DNA of 64,000 nucleotides from Rozella allomycis CSF55 (lineage: Eukaryota), in NCBI GenBank assembly GCA_000442015.1, contig KE561265.1, positions 62,001 through 126,000 on the forward strand, in the 5' to 3' direction. Positions 48,876 to 60,900 of this stretch are shown here, one piece after another. The position numbers and the translations under genes were made by a program. Each line of letters starts with the position of its first letter. Within the stretch, counting starts at the first letter, position 1. The notes under the pieces are model-generated. The model had not been told where the DNA came from and searched no databases. It was given only the letters and a program-made list of their open reading frames with translations.

Positions 48876-49592
48876 CTAATTTATTACTTTTTGAACAACT
48901 TGGTCATCTATAGACGGTCTCTTGGACAGCTTCTTATTCACTTCATCCTCTATAAACTTTTTCTTCAGCATTTCACTTGTCGCTTGCAATGACGGTGTTC
49001 CATCTATCACAATCTATACGCAGCATTTTACCTTTCATTATATTACTCTCAATCAAATCACTCTTGGTATGTCGCTGGTTCAAATCCTTATTAATCTTAT
49101 CCATCGCCTGCGCCTTTAGCAAATCCTGCTCAACCGCTTGCAAACTAGGCGCCGTCTTGCTATCTATTCAAATTCAATCAGCCACATCACCTTTAAGTAT
49201 ATTCAAATTCACCAATTCATCCTTCTCCGGCCTCTTTTCAAGCTTATGCGCCAGCACATCTTCAATCTTTGCCCTCTCCAGTTCCAACGACGCAGCCACA
49301 AGATTAGGCGCAACATTGATTTCTACTTTAGCTTTCAACTGTATCCCACCTTTAAGAATATTCGCATTAACCAGCTCATCCTTTTCAGGCCGCTTCTCTA
49401 AAAAATGCTCAAGTGAGTTGCCCAGTTTCGCTCTTTGCAGCTCCATCGCACTCGCTTGCAGAGAGGGCGCGATATTTCCCTCCATGAGGATATTCCTATT
49501 AATCAGCTCTTCTTTTTCAGGGCGACTGGATAGCTTTCGTGCTAAAATGTCTGTGCAAAATTAATGCTAGGATTACCTTGCGTCTCGCTCAT
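48876..49592 (-). CDS. RPEL-repeat protein (five RPxxxEL-type G-actin-binding repeats)
   Basis: LSSRPEKEELINRNIL, LEKRPEKDELVNANIL, LEKRPEKDELVNLNIL, LNQRHTKSDLIESNIM, LSKRPSIDD separated by APSLQA linkers. Confidence 0.88.
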
Positions 49593-49724
49593 CTTAATCA
49601 ATGGCGCAGTATTAATTATGAAATTTAGAGATTGGAATTTTATACAAAGGGATATTAAAAAGGGAGATCTATTTTTATAGAAAGGGAGATTTATTTCGAC
49701 ATTAAGAATTGAAAATTAAACTAG

Positions 49725-51350
49725 TTATTTATTTTTTAATTCTTGAAGTCTTTCATAGATGGCGTGGTGGCTTGTAGGATCCTTTAAATTTATGGCCGCG
49801 GCTAATAGCTTTTCCAAGAGATCTTGATCAACTTCTACACTCAAACATTGTGCAAATATTCCTCTGTCATGTTCAAACGACTTCAATATTATCTCTTCTA
49901 TATTAATCCCATCCAAACTATTTGGCGCACCAAGATTCTTTGTGGTATTCTCTGGACTTGGCCTTGTTACACCCTTGTAAACTCTACCAAGGCCAGATTC
50001 AATAATTTGATTAGATAAAAATTCAAAATCATCATAATTCAAAAGGTTTTTACAATGGAATCCAAATAAATCCTTTGGAGCCTTGCTCATTACTTTACTT
50101 AGATCATAAGGATTAAACTTTGACAAGCCTACATTCTGAATGCGAGAAACTAATGCTACCCATGCTTTAACATCAATTCTTTTAGAAAACACATGAAGCT
50201 TTTTAAAACTCGCTAAATATGATATCAATTCAGGTGTTTGGGAGGGAGTGCAACGGTGTAACAGGAAATTCATGAATCTAATAGTAACACATGGTTCATT
50301 CTCCATAATAAGATTGAAAGGAAATTTTGAATGCCTTTGGTAATACGAAACCATTATGATGCGAAAACATGATGGGGTTGGGAATCGCCGTCTTAGAATA
50401 TCATTCCATATCTCCAGAACTTTCTTGTGTCTCTTTTGATAGACTAAAGATTTCAGTAAATGCTCAAAATTTACATCATCCATTAAACTGTGATCTTGTT
50501 CATAAAATTGTACAGATAGACGCTGAAGACTCCCAAAGTCTTTCATTTTTAAGAGTATTTTAAATAAACACCCTACTATTTTGGGGCACGTCTTTATAAG
50601 ATACTGGCGAGCCTTGTATTCCACAAAATTCAATGCTCGTTCTGGTTGCTTTGCATGATCATAGCATTCTAGCATTTTAATGGCAGTAGCATTGTTGGGA
50701 AGAATTCCTCGAGAGTAAAAAGATTGCAAAAAGTATTCAGCCTTTTCATAATCTTCATGGCATTGTTCAATAAGCAAATTCATGGTCACGGCATTAGGCG
50801 TCACACCATAATTAGAGTAATCTTGGATAATATTCTGCAACTCTGTCAGTTTTTTCGGTTTCAGAACTTTAATATGTAGATGCATGTCGTAGGCTGTTAA
50901 CTGATTTCTCTCTTTTAACAATTCTAACATTCTATTAAATTCCTCTGTCTCGCCAGAATTGGCCAAGATTAGCATATATCTCTTGATAATTTCTCTATTA
51001 ATGCAGAATTTATCCGAGTGGGCTTGTATTTGCTTAAAAATATCTTTAGCGACATCTAGTTTATCTTGGCTTATGAGAACATCAAATAAAGGAACAATTT
51101 CTCTAGAGTTTAACAGCTTTCCAGTTTTTAACATGTCTGATTTTTGAAAAACTGTTTCAATCGCCAATTCCTTTCCAGGAAATCCTTTGTTGGAGCTTGA
51201 ATAATATTCCTTCTTGAACGTGCTAAAGTAACCTATTAAGCTAATTGCTGTTTTTGGTTCAATCCTTTTTAATTCCTTTAAGGACTCCCAGACTTCCTTA
51301 TACTTGTGCTTCGAAGTAATGTTCCCTTTACAGTTACTTAATAAATTCAT
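49725..51350 (-). CDS. Pentatricopeptide-repeat (PPR) protein, probably mitochondrial; intronless
   Basis: GVTPNAVTMNLLI, GILPNNATAIKML, FEHLLKSL, PTPSCFRIIM PPR-like units. Confidence 0.75.
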   Translation of the reverse strand: MNLLSNCKGNITSKHKYKEVWESLKELKRIEPKTAISLIGYFSTFKKEYYSSSNKGFPGKELAIETVFQKSDMLKTGKLLNSREIVPLFDVLISQDKLDVAKDIFKQIQAHSDKFCINREIIKRYMLILANSGETEEFNRMLELLKERNQLTAYDMHLHIKVLKPKKLTELQNIIQDYSNYGVTPNAVTMNLLIEQCHEDYEKAEYFLQSFYSRGILPNNATAIKMLECYDHAKQPERALNFVEYKARQYLIKTCPKIVGCLFKILLKMKDFGSLQRLSVQFYEQDHSLMDDVNFEHLLKSLVYQKRHKKVLEIWNDILRRRFPTPSCFRIIMVSYYQRHSKFPFNLIMENEPCVTIRFMNFLLHRCTPSQTPELISYLASFKKLHVFSKRIDVKAWVALVSRIQNVGLSKFNPYDLSKVMSKAPKDLFGFHCKNLLNYDDFEFLSNQIIESGLGRVYKGVTRPSPENTTKNLGAPNSLDGINIEEIILKSFEHDRGIFAQCLSVEVDQDLLEKLLAAAINLKDPTSHHAIYERLQELKNK

Positions 51351-51445
51351 TTCTTATTAATCTTTTTCTGGAAGCAATAAAGCTTACGATTGCAAAGAAT
51401 TGTGAAGAGTTTCCGTAAATATCTGAGGCGTTTCAAATTTTTGAT

Positions 51446-52740
51446 ATGTCAATTTTTGTACAAACCAGGGAATGCAACTTGTATGGCACAAGTTTTGATA
51501 TTCCTGAAAGATATAGCAATCTGAAGCCCGTTGGTATAGGCGCTTTTGGCCTTGTTTGGTAAATCCTTTTTATCGTCTTTTTCGCAAGTTCAGCATATGA
51601 TCTTGACGCAAACTTGAATGTGGCTATCAAAAAGGTTAAAGATCCTTTCAAGTCAACAGTTATGGCAAAGCGGACATATAGGGAGCGCAAATTATTGATT
51701 GCACTTAGACATGAGAATGTAGAAATTATAATGATTAATTAAATCCAGATTATAAGTTTGCAAGATGTATATATATCATACAAAGAGGATATGTAATACA
51801 TTACATCTATATTTTTTAGTTATTTTGTAACAGAACTTTTTGAAACAGATCTTCAAAAACTCATGGCTTCAAAAACACTTGAACCTCAGTTTATTCAATA
51901 CTTTTTGTATCAAATTTTGCGAGGTATTAAATTTGTACATTCGGCGGGTGTAATACATCGAGATCTCAAACCCTCAAACATTTTGATTAATGACAATTGT
52001 GATCTCAAAGTAGATAATTTAATCCACATAAATAGATTTGCGATTTTGGTCTTGCTCGGCTATCAGATGCACAAATGACAGGATACATTGCCACAAGATA
52101 TTATCGAGCACCTGAGATTATGTTAACATGGCAGACATATGACGAGAAAATTGACATATGGTCGATAGGATGTATTTTGGCCGAAATGCTTCAAGGCTCA
52201 CCTTTATTTCCTGGAAAAGATCGTAATCATTAAAGATTGATTTTTAGACCCAGACGTCAGCCAATTTCAACTCATCATTGAATTACTTGGATCTCCCCCT
52301 ACTGATGTCATCAACCGAATTTGTAGTGAACATGTATTTTTTCTAAACTCATTAATATTAGACCTTAAAGTTTGTCATGTCATTGCCAAAGTGTGAAAAG
52401 AAGTCTTTCAGAGAATATTTCCCTTCTGTCATTGATCAAGACGGACTAGATCTACTTGAGAAAATGCTTGAATTCGATCCACAGAAAAGAATTCTTGCAT
52501 CTGAGGCGTTAAAGCACCCCTACTTGAAGGAGTTTCACGATGATCAAGATGAGCCAGTTTCTGATAAAAAGATTGATTGGGCGTTATATGAAAAAGATCT
52601 GGATGTCTCGGAATGGAAAAGTACTTAGACTGTTGATTTTACAAATAGGGATACTGTCCTTAGAAGTTGGGGAGTTTTACGAGACACATTCCCATAGTAA
52701 GCAACAGTCCAAAACGTTAAATTTTGAGACAAATTTTTGA
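51446..52740 (+). CDS. HOG1: Stress-activated MAP kinase Hog1/p38
   Basis: [75 protein letters not shown] (TGY), LFPGKDH. Confidence 0.96.
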
Positions 52741-52760
52741 ATAAATGCATACCAGACTTT

Positions 52761-53194
52761 TTATTCTTCTATATATGGATGTAATGAGCTTCTGCCAGCT
52801 CTTCGTGATAGGCCCAGTCTGCGTGGAGTTCCATCTTCACGTGAATCTGTATTTACAATTTTTGAGGGTAACTTTTTGACGGGTGTCTTTACAATCGCGG
52901 GAGTTATTGTTGTCTTCTTTTTGGCGGGTGTTTTAGCAGAAACATTCGATTGGGCTTTTGAAGAAGTAGACGACTTTTTTGTCGATTCTTTTTTTATTTT
53001 AGGCTCGCTGTTATCTGATTCAACTGCGGATAATACATTATCGTCATCGGATGCAGTACCGTGATCGCTATTGAATGATGCATCTGATTCTGATTCTAAA
53101 ACCACTTTTTTCTTTTTATTATCTGGTTTAAAAAATTCTTCTTCTGAATATTCTCTAGTTTTAAAAAAAGCAATTTGTATTACGACTCACTCAT
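52761..53194 (-). CDS. Small disordered protein ending in a RAD51AP1-like RAD51-interaction motif
   Basis: Acidic then Lys/Ser/Thr-rich; C-terminal RRLGLSRRAGRSSLHP resembles RAD51AP1 RLGLSR..KPLHP; one intron after codon 4. Confidence 0.6.
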
Positions 53195-53230
53195 TGTGGC
53201 TTCGCAAGTGCAGGGGTTTCAAACAAAAAT

Positions 53231-54170
53231 ATGTTCAAACGCTTTCAAGATCAACCAGCTCCCGCTGAAGAGGAAAATGAAAATGAATCATTTTATGAAA
53301 CATCAGATAGCTCAAGTAGCGAAGAAGAGGAGATAGAAACGGCACAACTTAAAACATCTGAAAAGCAGAGTCTCGAAAAAGAAAAAACTTTGGTTTTATG
53401 CTCTCGTGGTTCTACTTCCCGTTTTAGACATTTAATGAAAGATCTGATGATGCTGTTACCTCATGCTAAACAAGAATCAAAGTTCGATTCAAAGAAAGAA
53501 ACTGGGTTAGTTAACGAGTTGATGGAATTAAACAATTGTACATCATGTCTGTATTTTGAAGCCAGAAAACACCAAGATTTATATTTATGGATGGCTAAAG
53601 CTGTGACGGGGCCAAGCTTACGCTTTCTTATTCAAAACATCCATACCTTAGATGAACTCCGTATGCAAGGTAATTGTCTTAAAGGAAGTCGACCCGTGCT
53701 TTCATTTGACTCATCTTTTGATGAGAGCCCCCACTTTGCTTTGGTTAAAGAATGTTTGAAACAGATTTTTCACACTCCTCAAGGACACCGTAAAAGCAAG
53801 CCATTTGTCGATAGGGTCATGTCCTTTTCAATCGCAGATAACAAAATTTGGGTTAGAAATTTTCAAGTAAGTGATAGCTAGCCTGGTCATTTAGATAGCT
53901 GATAAATTAGTTGGAGATGAAACAGAAATGTCTTTAGTTGAAATCGGGCCAAGATTTGTTATGACTCTTCAAAGAATAATGGATGGATGCTTTTCGGGAC
54001 CTGTTTTATATGAAAATCCAGATTTTGTTTCTCCAAATGTTGTTAGATCTGAAGCTAGAAAAGAACAAGCAATGAAATCTAGACAGAGAATTATTGAACA
54101 ACCTTACAAGGAAAAGAAAATTGAAGAAAAGAATCTTCCAAAAGATGAACTCTCAACGATTTTCGAATAA
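53231..54170 (+). CDS. BRX1: 60S biogenesis protein Brx1 (Brix)
   Basis: LVLCSRG..RFRHLMKDL..LLPH, FEARKHQDLYLW, NIHTLDEL..GNCLKGSRP, KSKPFVDRV, LVEIGPRF. Confidence 0.96.
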
Positions 54171-54181
54171 AGAATTATTGT

Positions 54182-54855
54182 TTATTTATTTCGTCTTTGG
54201 CTTTTGCATTAGCAATCCAATGTCTGGGAATCGGGGGNTCATTAGCGCTTATCCAATGTCTGGGAATCGGGGGCGGTTGTGCATTGAAAACTTTACGCTT
54301 CAAGAATGGAATGTCTGTAAAGTTGTCACCATCCTAGTAATTTCTATACATAATAGCACATTACTGGGTTCTTAACTTCTTTCAACATGGCTTTGAATGT
54401 ATCTTTCGCATACTTTATGTTTTGGGATAGCAAAGGAAACTTTTTGGCTTCTATTGTCACAATGCCAGTTGTGCGGTCATACATTTCATCACATAGTAAA
54501 ATGAATTTATGTTTTTGCACATCGGTAAGGCTGAGATCATTTATATTAAAACTTAACTCTGCTTTTAAGGTCTTCGGATGCGGGTAGGTGTTCCAGTGGT
54601 CTGAATATACTTCCCTGTGTCTAATAATGAATATCTCGTCTTTTCCCCTTCGATAATCGTCCCTAAACTCTAACTTTCCATTAAAATGTCTTGGTTACCT
54701 TTGAATTGATTTCTATCCAAGTCAAGCTTTTTTTGTCGAATCAGACCTTGGAGCAATTTGTACCTGTTAGTGGTCGAGCGTAAATTTTGATAAAGGGGTT
54801 CAACATAGGAGCCCACCCGAAACTGATTAATGAAGTCCCCGGCAATGTTATTCAT
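54182..54855 (-). CDS. Mitochondrial small-subunit ribosomal protein mS35 (Rsm24-like)
   Basis: Spliced HPKTLKAEL..DLSLT..KHKFILL...YD..TG.VTI..KKFP..SQN.KY..D.F..ML.E...D.FTDIP pattern. Confidence 0.7.
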
Positions 54856-55132
54856 TTAAATTGACAAATTTCCTAAACAGGCGTACATTACCAATCATTA
54901 AAATTGAACTGGACTAGCGGTTGTACTCGCTTCGCTCGCATTAAAAAATTAAATATGTCCGTGATTTTTCACAAAGCATCGTATCATTTTGCAATTTGAT
55001 AGACATCTTTCTCCATATTTGTGCTTTACGAAAAGCATTTTGTTTCTAGCGGTTGACATCGCTTCGCTCACATTAATAGATTTACATATTTCCGGGTTCG
55101 CGCGCNCGAAATTGTTGATTAAACCACTGAAT

Positions 55133-56075
55133 ATGTTAACCACCAACAAAGAAATTTCAGTGCAGAGTTTAGATGAGGGAAATATTGTTTGGGCGAAGCT
55201 TAAAGGATATCCTTGGTGGCCTGCCAAAGTAAATTTACAACGTCAAATTTTTAGATTACAGCAGAGGATTCATCACCACTTTTAAAGAACGCCAGAAGGC
55301 CCAAAGGAACTCCTGTCCCTGTTAAGTTTTTTGGTTCAAGAGATTAGTAAATCATATATGAACCAAAGATTATTAGTGCATTTGTTACAAAAGAAAGCAT
55401 TCGATCTTTTAATGAATATTTGAATGAATTTAAACATAAAAACAATTCCGAATTATTTAAAAGAGCAATCGAAGAAGCTTTGAATCCTGTATTAGCATCT
55501 CAGCCGGTTAAAGACATTGTTGAAGATTCTGAAGATTCTGAACAATTTGAACCATATCAAGAAAATCCAATAATCGATAAAGAAAAAAACAAAAGAAAAA
55601 GTATCGGAAACGAGAAAGTAAAAGGGCCGCCAAAAAAGCGGGGGAGAAAGGTACCAAACAAAATAGAAAGTTATAGAGCAAAAAAGAATTGGAAGAACTG
55701 AGATTGAAAGCAGAAGAGGCGAATAAATTGGAAAGACAACAGAGTGAATCAGAAAATTTAATGAAAATGAGATTCGAATTACAAAAAATTTGCTGCATGG
55801 AAGTTGCTCGAGTAAGGTTCCATGATTTAAAATATTGATTTAGGTCGATCGATATAAAGCTGCTGATGATATTGTTTCTCATTTTGAAAACATGGAAATG
55901 ACCGTAGAGAATTTGACTGTAAGGAAATCCTATTTGTCTGTATTCGTAGTATACTAAGATTGGGAAAGTCATGAAATTGATCGGGAAAAAGGAACTTCCA
56001 AAGGATACGTATAATTTGTCTGAACGATGCAGGTCATTGGCAGAGTCCTGGAGAAGTTTGTTAAAGAAAGAATGA
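55133..56075 (+). CDS. PWWP-domain chromatin protein with C-terminal TFIIS-N/IBD-like domain (HDGF/LEDGF-like architecture)
   Basis: VWAKLKGYPWWPAKI, VKFFG, AT-hook-like KKRGRK, LTYTKIGKVMKLI..RCRSLAESW. Confidence 0.85.
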
Positions 56076-56102
56076 ATATAAATAAATGTTTTGATTTTTA
56101 AT

Positions 56103-57931
56103 ATGATTTATGAGTCCGAAGAAACATTGGCATCTGGTATTCAATTTTGTTAATCCGTATTAAGAATTCAAATTTGAGCCGTCTGGAATTCTTACAAGCG
56201 ATTACATTGAGTATTGCAAAAAGCGCAACTTCAAACCGATGAAAATAGCCATCTGCAAGCCTAAAACAAAATTATCAAACGAACAAATAGCGGAAGCGGA
56301 GAAAAAAAATACATCCACTGGAACGTTACTTTCGAAGGCGCAATCAACACTACTAGAACAACGTGATACGTCAATTGAGCCTCTACCGTTAGTAGAAACT
56401 ACATTAACAGTGGATAAAACAGAGAGATACTCATCTATCAGTATGAGAACACCCACCATTTGGGTTGAAATGTCAGAGGAGCAAGAAATGGAAGACTCTG
56501 TCTACAAGATTGCGATTCGTGGATGGACTCCGAATAAAGGAACATTGGAGGCCCTTTGCATGTGTTTCCCGTCATGTATGACTTTGAATGTACTAAAGTA
56601 ATGCTATATCTTGCATCCAATTAGTCTTTGGAACTGCGGATTAGATGAAAGCATGTTTTCTTTACTGTTATCATCTATAATGAAGTGCAATATAAGCAAT
56701 GTTCAAATTGATATGAATTCTAATATTCCTGAGGTTATGTTCGCTAGTTTGGTTTCAGATCTGTCTCCTATAAAATTTCTAACGTTGCGTCACAACAACA
56801 TAGGCGACTTGGGCATGGAAAACCTAGCGAATTTCATGAAAACAAATAGATGCGTATGCTCTCTGAATCTTTTTGGGAATAAAATTACATCTCGATCAAT
56901 GGAAGCCGTAGCAGAAGTACCAATTACGTGTTGTAAGCGTAGATGCTCAAATATAACCAAAATCTTTCCTCATTGAACCTTGGCAGAAATCAAATCAGAG
57001 ACCATGGGATTAAAGCTCTTTCAAAGGTAAAGGATGATTAGCAGACTTAGCTTAGGGATTCACAAAGACATTGGCGACGCCTGAAGAAATCGCGGCCAGA
57101 AAAAAGTTTTTACAAGATATGGACAAAAGGAAAAAAGAAGCAGAAGAAGTATTATAACTATGTCTCATAATCCAGGAAATGTCAAAGCGAATGCAAAGAG
57201 CCGGCAAAACAAATTCAGCATTAGCAAGACCGAGTAGTTCATTAAAGTATTTCTATGAAAATATAGACAATAAAGAGACAAAAGAAATTCGCAGGCTGAT
57301 ATTCAAAAACTGCAAAAGAAGAGTGCGCTGGCAAATTCCAATTCAACTGGCAATTCGCAAGGAACTAACAAAAATCCTTCAAAAAAGACTGCCGATAAGC
57401 CAGACCCAGCCGCGGGAAAATCCAAAACAAGTGGTTCTCAGGCCCCTGCTGCTGAGAATAGAAAAGGAAGCAGTGATGGAAAGGGAAAGAAGGTGGCTGC
57501 TGGAAGCAAGACCGGCAAAAAGAAATCTGACGAAAAGGAGGAGATCGATGAGGTAGAAATTAATTTTGTTGGATATTAGACTGATGCTGCTATTCAGGAA
57601 TTGACAATGGAATCTAATGGACAGACATATTTGTTTGGCAATAGAACACTAGGATTTCTGAATTTGTATGGAAACCAAATATCTGAAGAAGGGTTGAATA
57701 TTATCTTTTCATTTGTTAAAGATCAAGTAATGTGTAATTTATCAAGCCAATTAGGATTCACCCGAGGGAGTATCATCTATGCCAGGGCTGACACATATTA
57801 TACTATTTGAGAATCATTTTGATAAGAGTAATCCAATACTACAAGCGTTGTTAAATCATTTAATTCAAAAGGTCAATGGAAGCCAAGAAGATGACACCAT
57901 TGTTGAGCCAATTGAAGAAAATAACGAATAA
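56103..57931 (+). CDS. Leucine-rich-repeat protein, LRRC71-like (probably flagellar)
   Basis: GILTSDYIEYC, IAIRGW, LSLWNCGL, LTLRHNNIGDLG, LNLFGNKI, GNRTLGFLNLYGNQISEEG, Lys/Gly-rich insert. Confidence 0.75.
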
Positions 57932-57979
57932 ATTTCATTTCAAGGATACTTAAGTTTACAAGAAATGAAAAATGATTTA

Positions 57980-60900
57980 TTAAATCGAAGCAGCGATTGC
58001 TTTTTCCAATCTTGTTTTCAACTTTTCATTTTCTCTTTCTAGACGCAATGATTTTTCCTTTTCGTCTGCTGCTTCCCTTTCAGCTCTTCTTTTTGATAAT
58101 TGAAGATTATTTTCAGTCATTTCCTATTAAAGTGAAAGTGATATTGTTACCAATTCATCTAATTGACTTTTTAGTCTTTTAACCTTTTCTTCCCATTTTG
58201 AGGCTTCTTCGTCTGATCTTAATTTTGCCTTTTCTTTTTCAGAGATTTGATATAGTAAATCTTTGACTTGCCTTTCCACTTTTTTGTTTTCTCTTGCCAA
58301 TTCGAATCTCTGTTTGGTTTCATTTTCTAGAGCCAGAGATAAAGCTTCAATTTGAGATTCAAGACGTTTATTTCCCTTGTTGATGTTGTCTGATGTTAGA
58401 GCGGTTTCTAATTCCAAGATGTGAATTTGTAATTCTTTCGAATGATGGTCCAACGTTGCCTAGATTAATAGATGAAATAAAGAAAACCTTTTCTCTCATT
58501 AAATCTGTGTTTAATTCTTTTTCCTTGTTTAATTCAACTTGTAAAAGAGAGATTTGCATTTCAGACTTTTGAATTCTTTCATTTAGAGATAAAATCTGTT
58601 CATAATCATCATTGTGTAATTTTTTCAATTCAAGATGTTCATTATTCAAGGTTTGAAAATTATTTTCTAGGAGAGATTTTTCATTTAAAAAGATTTGGAC
58701 TTGTTCAGAATGTTCTTCTAGGGTTGATTCAAGAGATTTTCTTTGTTTTTCTAGAGAAGATTTTGATTCTTCTAATTCATCAATGTAAGATTTGAGATTT
58801 TTTAGTTGAGCAAGAGAAGAGTTTAAATCTTTTGATAATTGATCTTGAGATTTAAGAGAATCGTTGTATAGAGATTCGAGATGAGAAGATTTTGATTCTA
58901 AACGATCTTTTTCTTTTTTAATTGAATTTAATTGTTGAAATTGATCGTCAAATTTTAATTGTAAATTTTCCAATTGAGATTCCAATTTGATTTGAAATTC
59001 TCTTTGATTTAAAATTGACTTTTTATCATTTTCCAATTCTAGTTCAAGTTTAAGAATTTCATTTTGGAATTTTCTTTTAAGATTTTCAATTTGAGTTTCT
59101 TTTTCGCTTGAATCTTTAATGAATTTTTGTTTCTCTAGATCCAATTCTTCAGCAATTCTTCTTTTTGAATTTAAAACGTCAATTAATTCCAAAGATTCAT
59201 CTTCTAATTTTTCTTGTAAATTTCTCAATCTCTCTTCCAAATTTTGAATCTTCTCATCTGATGATTTCTTTTCTTTAATGTAAACATCTAAAGATTCTTC
59301 CAATTCTTTATTTTGAATTTTTAATAAAGATTCATTTTTTTCAATTCTTAATTTTGAAATTTCCAAAGATTCTAATTTAGAAATTGCGTTTTCAGCTTTT
59401 AGTTTAAAATTGTTTAAATTTTCAGATAAATCTTGAGATTTGATAATTTCAGATTCTAATCTAATTGAAATTTCTTTCAAATCATTTGATAGTTTTCTTC
59501 TTGAATTTGATTCTTCATTTTTAGCAGAAATTTCATTTTCTATTTTTTGTTTTAATTGATCAATTTCCAAACAAAGATTTTTTCTATTCTTTTCTAAATT
59601 CAAAATTTCTTTATTTTTTTCTTCAATGTTTAATTCTGCTAATCTATTCGCTGCCAATAAAGCTTTTCTGGATTCTTCAGATTTCTCTAATTTCTCTTCA
59701 AGCTCTTGCTGAATTTTAGTTTTTAAATTCTCCATTTCAAAATTCCCTGCGAGTTTAAATCTCTCAAATTCTTTCTTTTCTTCTTCTGCTTCTTCCAATT
59801 GTTCTCTCAACAACACAATTTCTTTTTCAAGCTTCTTTTTCAATTCAATTAAATTTGATTTTGAATCTTCGCCTCCCTCCAACTGTAAATTCAATTCTTC
59901 AACCTTCTTTTCCAATGACTTTCTTTGTTTCTCTGATATCTCCAAATTGTTTTCTATTCTCTCCAATGCACTCGACAATTCATTCGCTTTCCTCTCCTGT
60001 CGAAGCGCCAATTCTTCATAATTCTTTCTTGCCTTTTCTTCTGTTTCTATTTTTAACTCTAGATCTTTGATGGCTTGGTCAGATCTTTTTTTCGCTTTTT
60101 CTAGATCTAATCTGGATTTTGTTGACGAATCTACAGAATTTGTTAAATCTTGCAATTCAGTTTCCTATAATTTTAAAATTAATTAAATTTTACCAATCTA
60201 TTTTTTTGTTTTGTAATTTCATTTTTCAAACAAATTTCATTTTCTAATTGTTCACCCAAAAGATTAACTTCCTTTAATAAAACTTTTCTTGTTTCTTCCA
60301 ATCTTTCTTCACGTGATTTGATTTCATTTTCATGTTTAGATTTCAATTCTGAAATATTAAATTCCAAAGATTTCAAATTTTCTTTTAATAATCTTTTCTC
60401 TTCTTCTTCATCTTCCAGTTGATGGATTAATTCTGAAACTTGAATTTCTAATTTTTTCTTCATTTTTTCCAATTCATGAAGATTTTTACCCCCGTCGCCA
60501 ATCTCATCAATCAAAGATTTCAATTCAGATTCCAACATTTCTTTTCCTCTCAATAATTGATTAAACGAATGATTCTTATTCTCTAATTCTTGATTAATTG
60601 AATCTATTGTTATTTGCAACTTTCTATTGTTTGAATCAACTTGCTCCTTTAATCTTCTCTCATTCTCCAATTGTATATTCAATGAATTCAACTGACTCTC
60701 CAAACTTTTAACACTCTTCTCTGAGTTCCTCGTTGCTTGGTGCTCCAATTCAAGCTCATGCTTCAAATCTTCTACATCTGCCAAATATCTATTCTTTGTC
60801 TTTTCCATTGAAGAATATGAAAATTCAACCTCTTGCAGTTTATTCTTTACTTCAATCAATTCCTTTTCAACAATCTTCTTTTCATTTTCAAGTTGACTCA

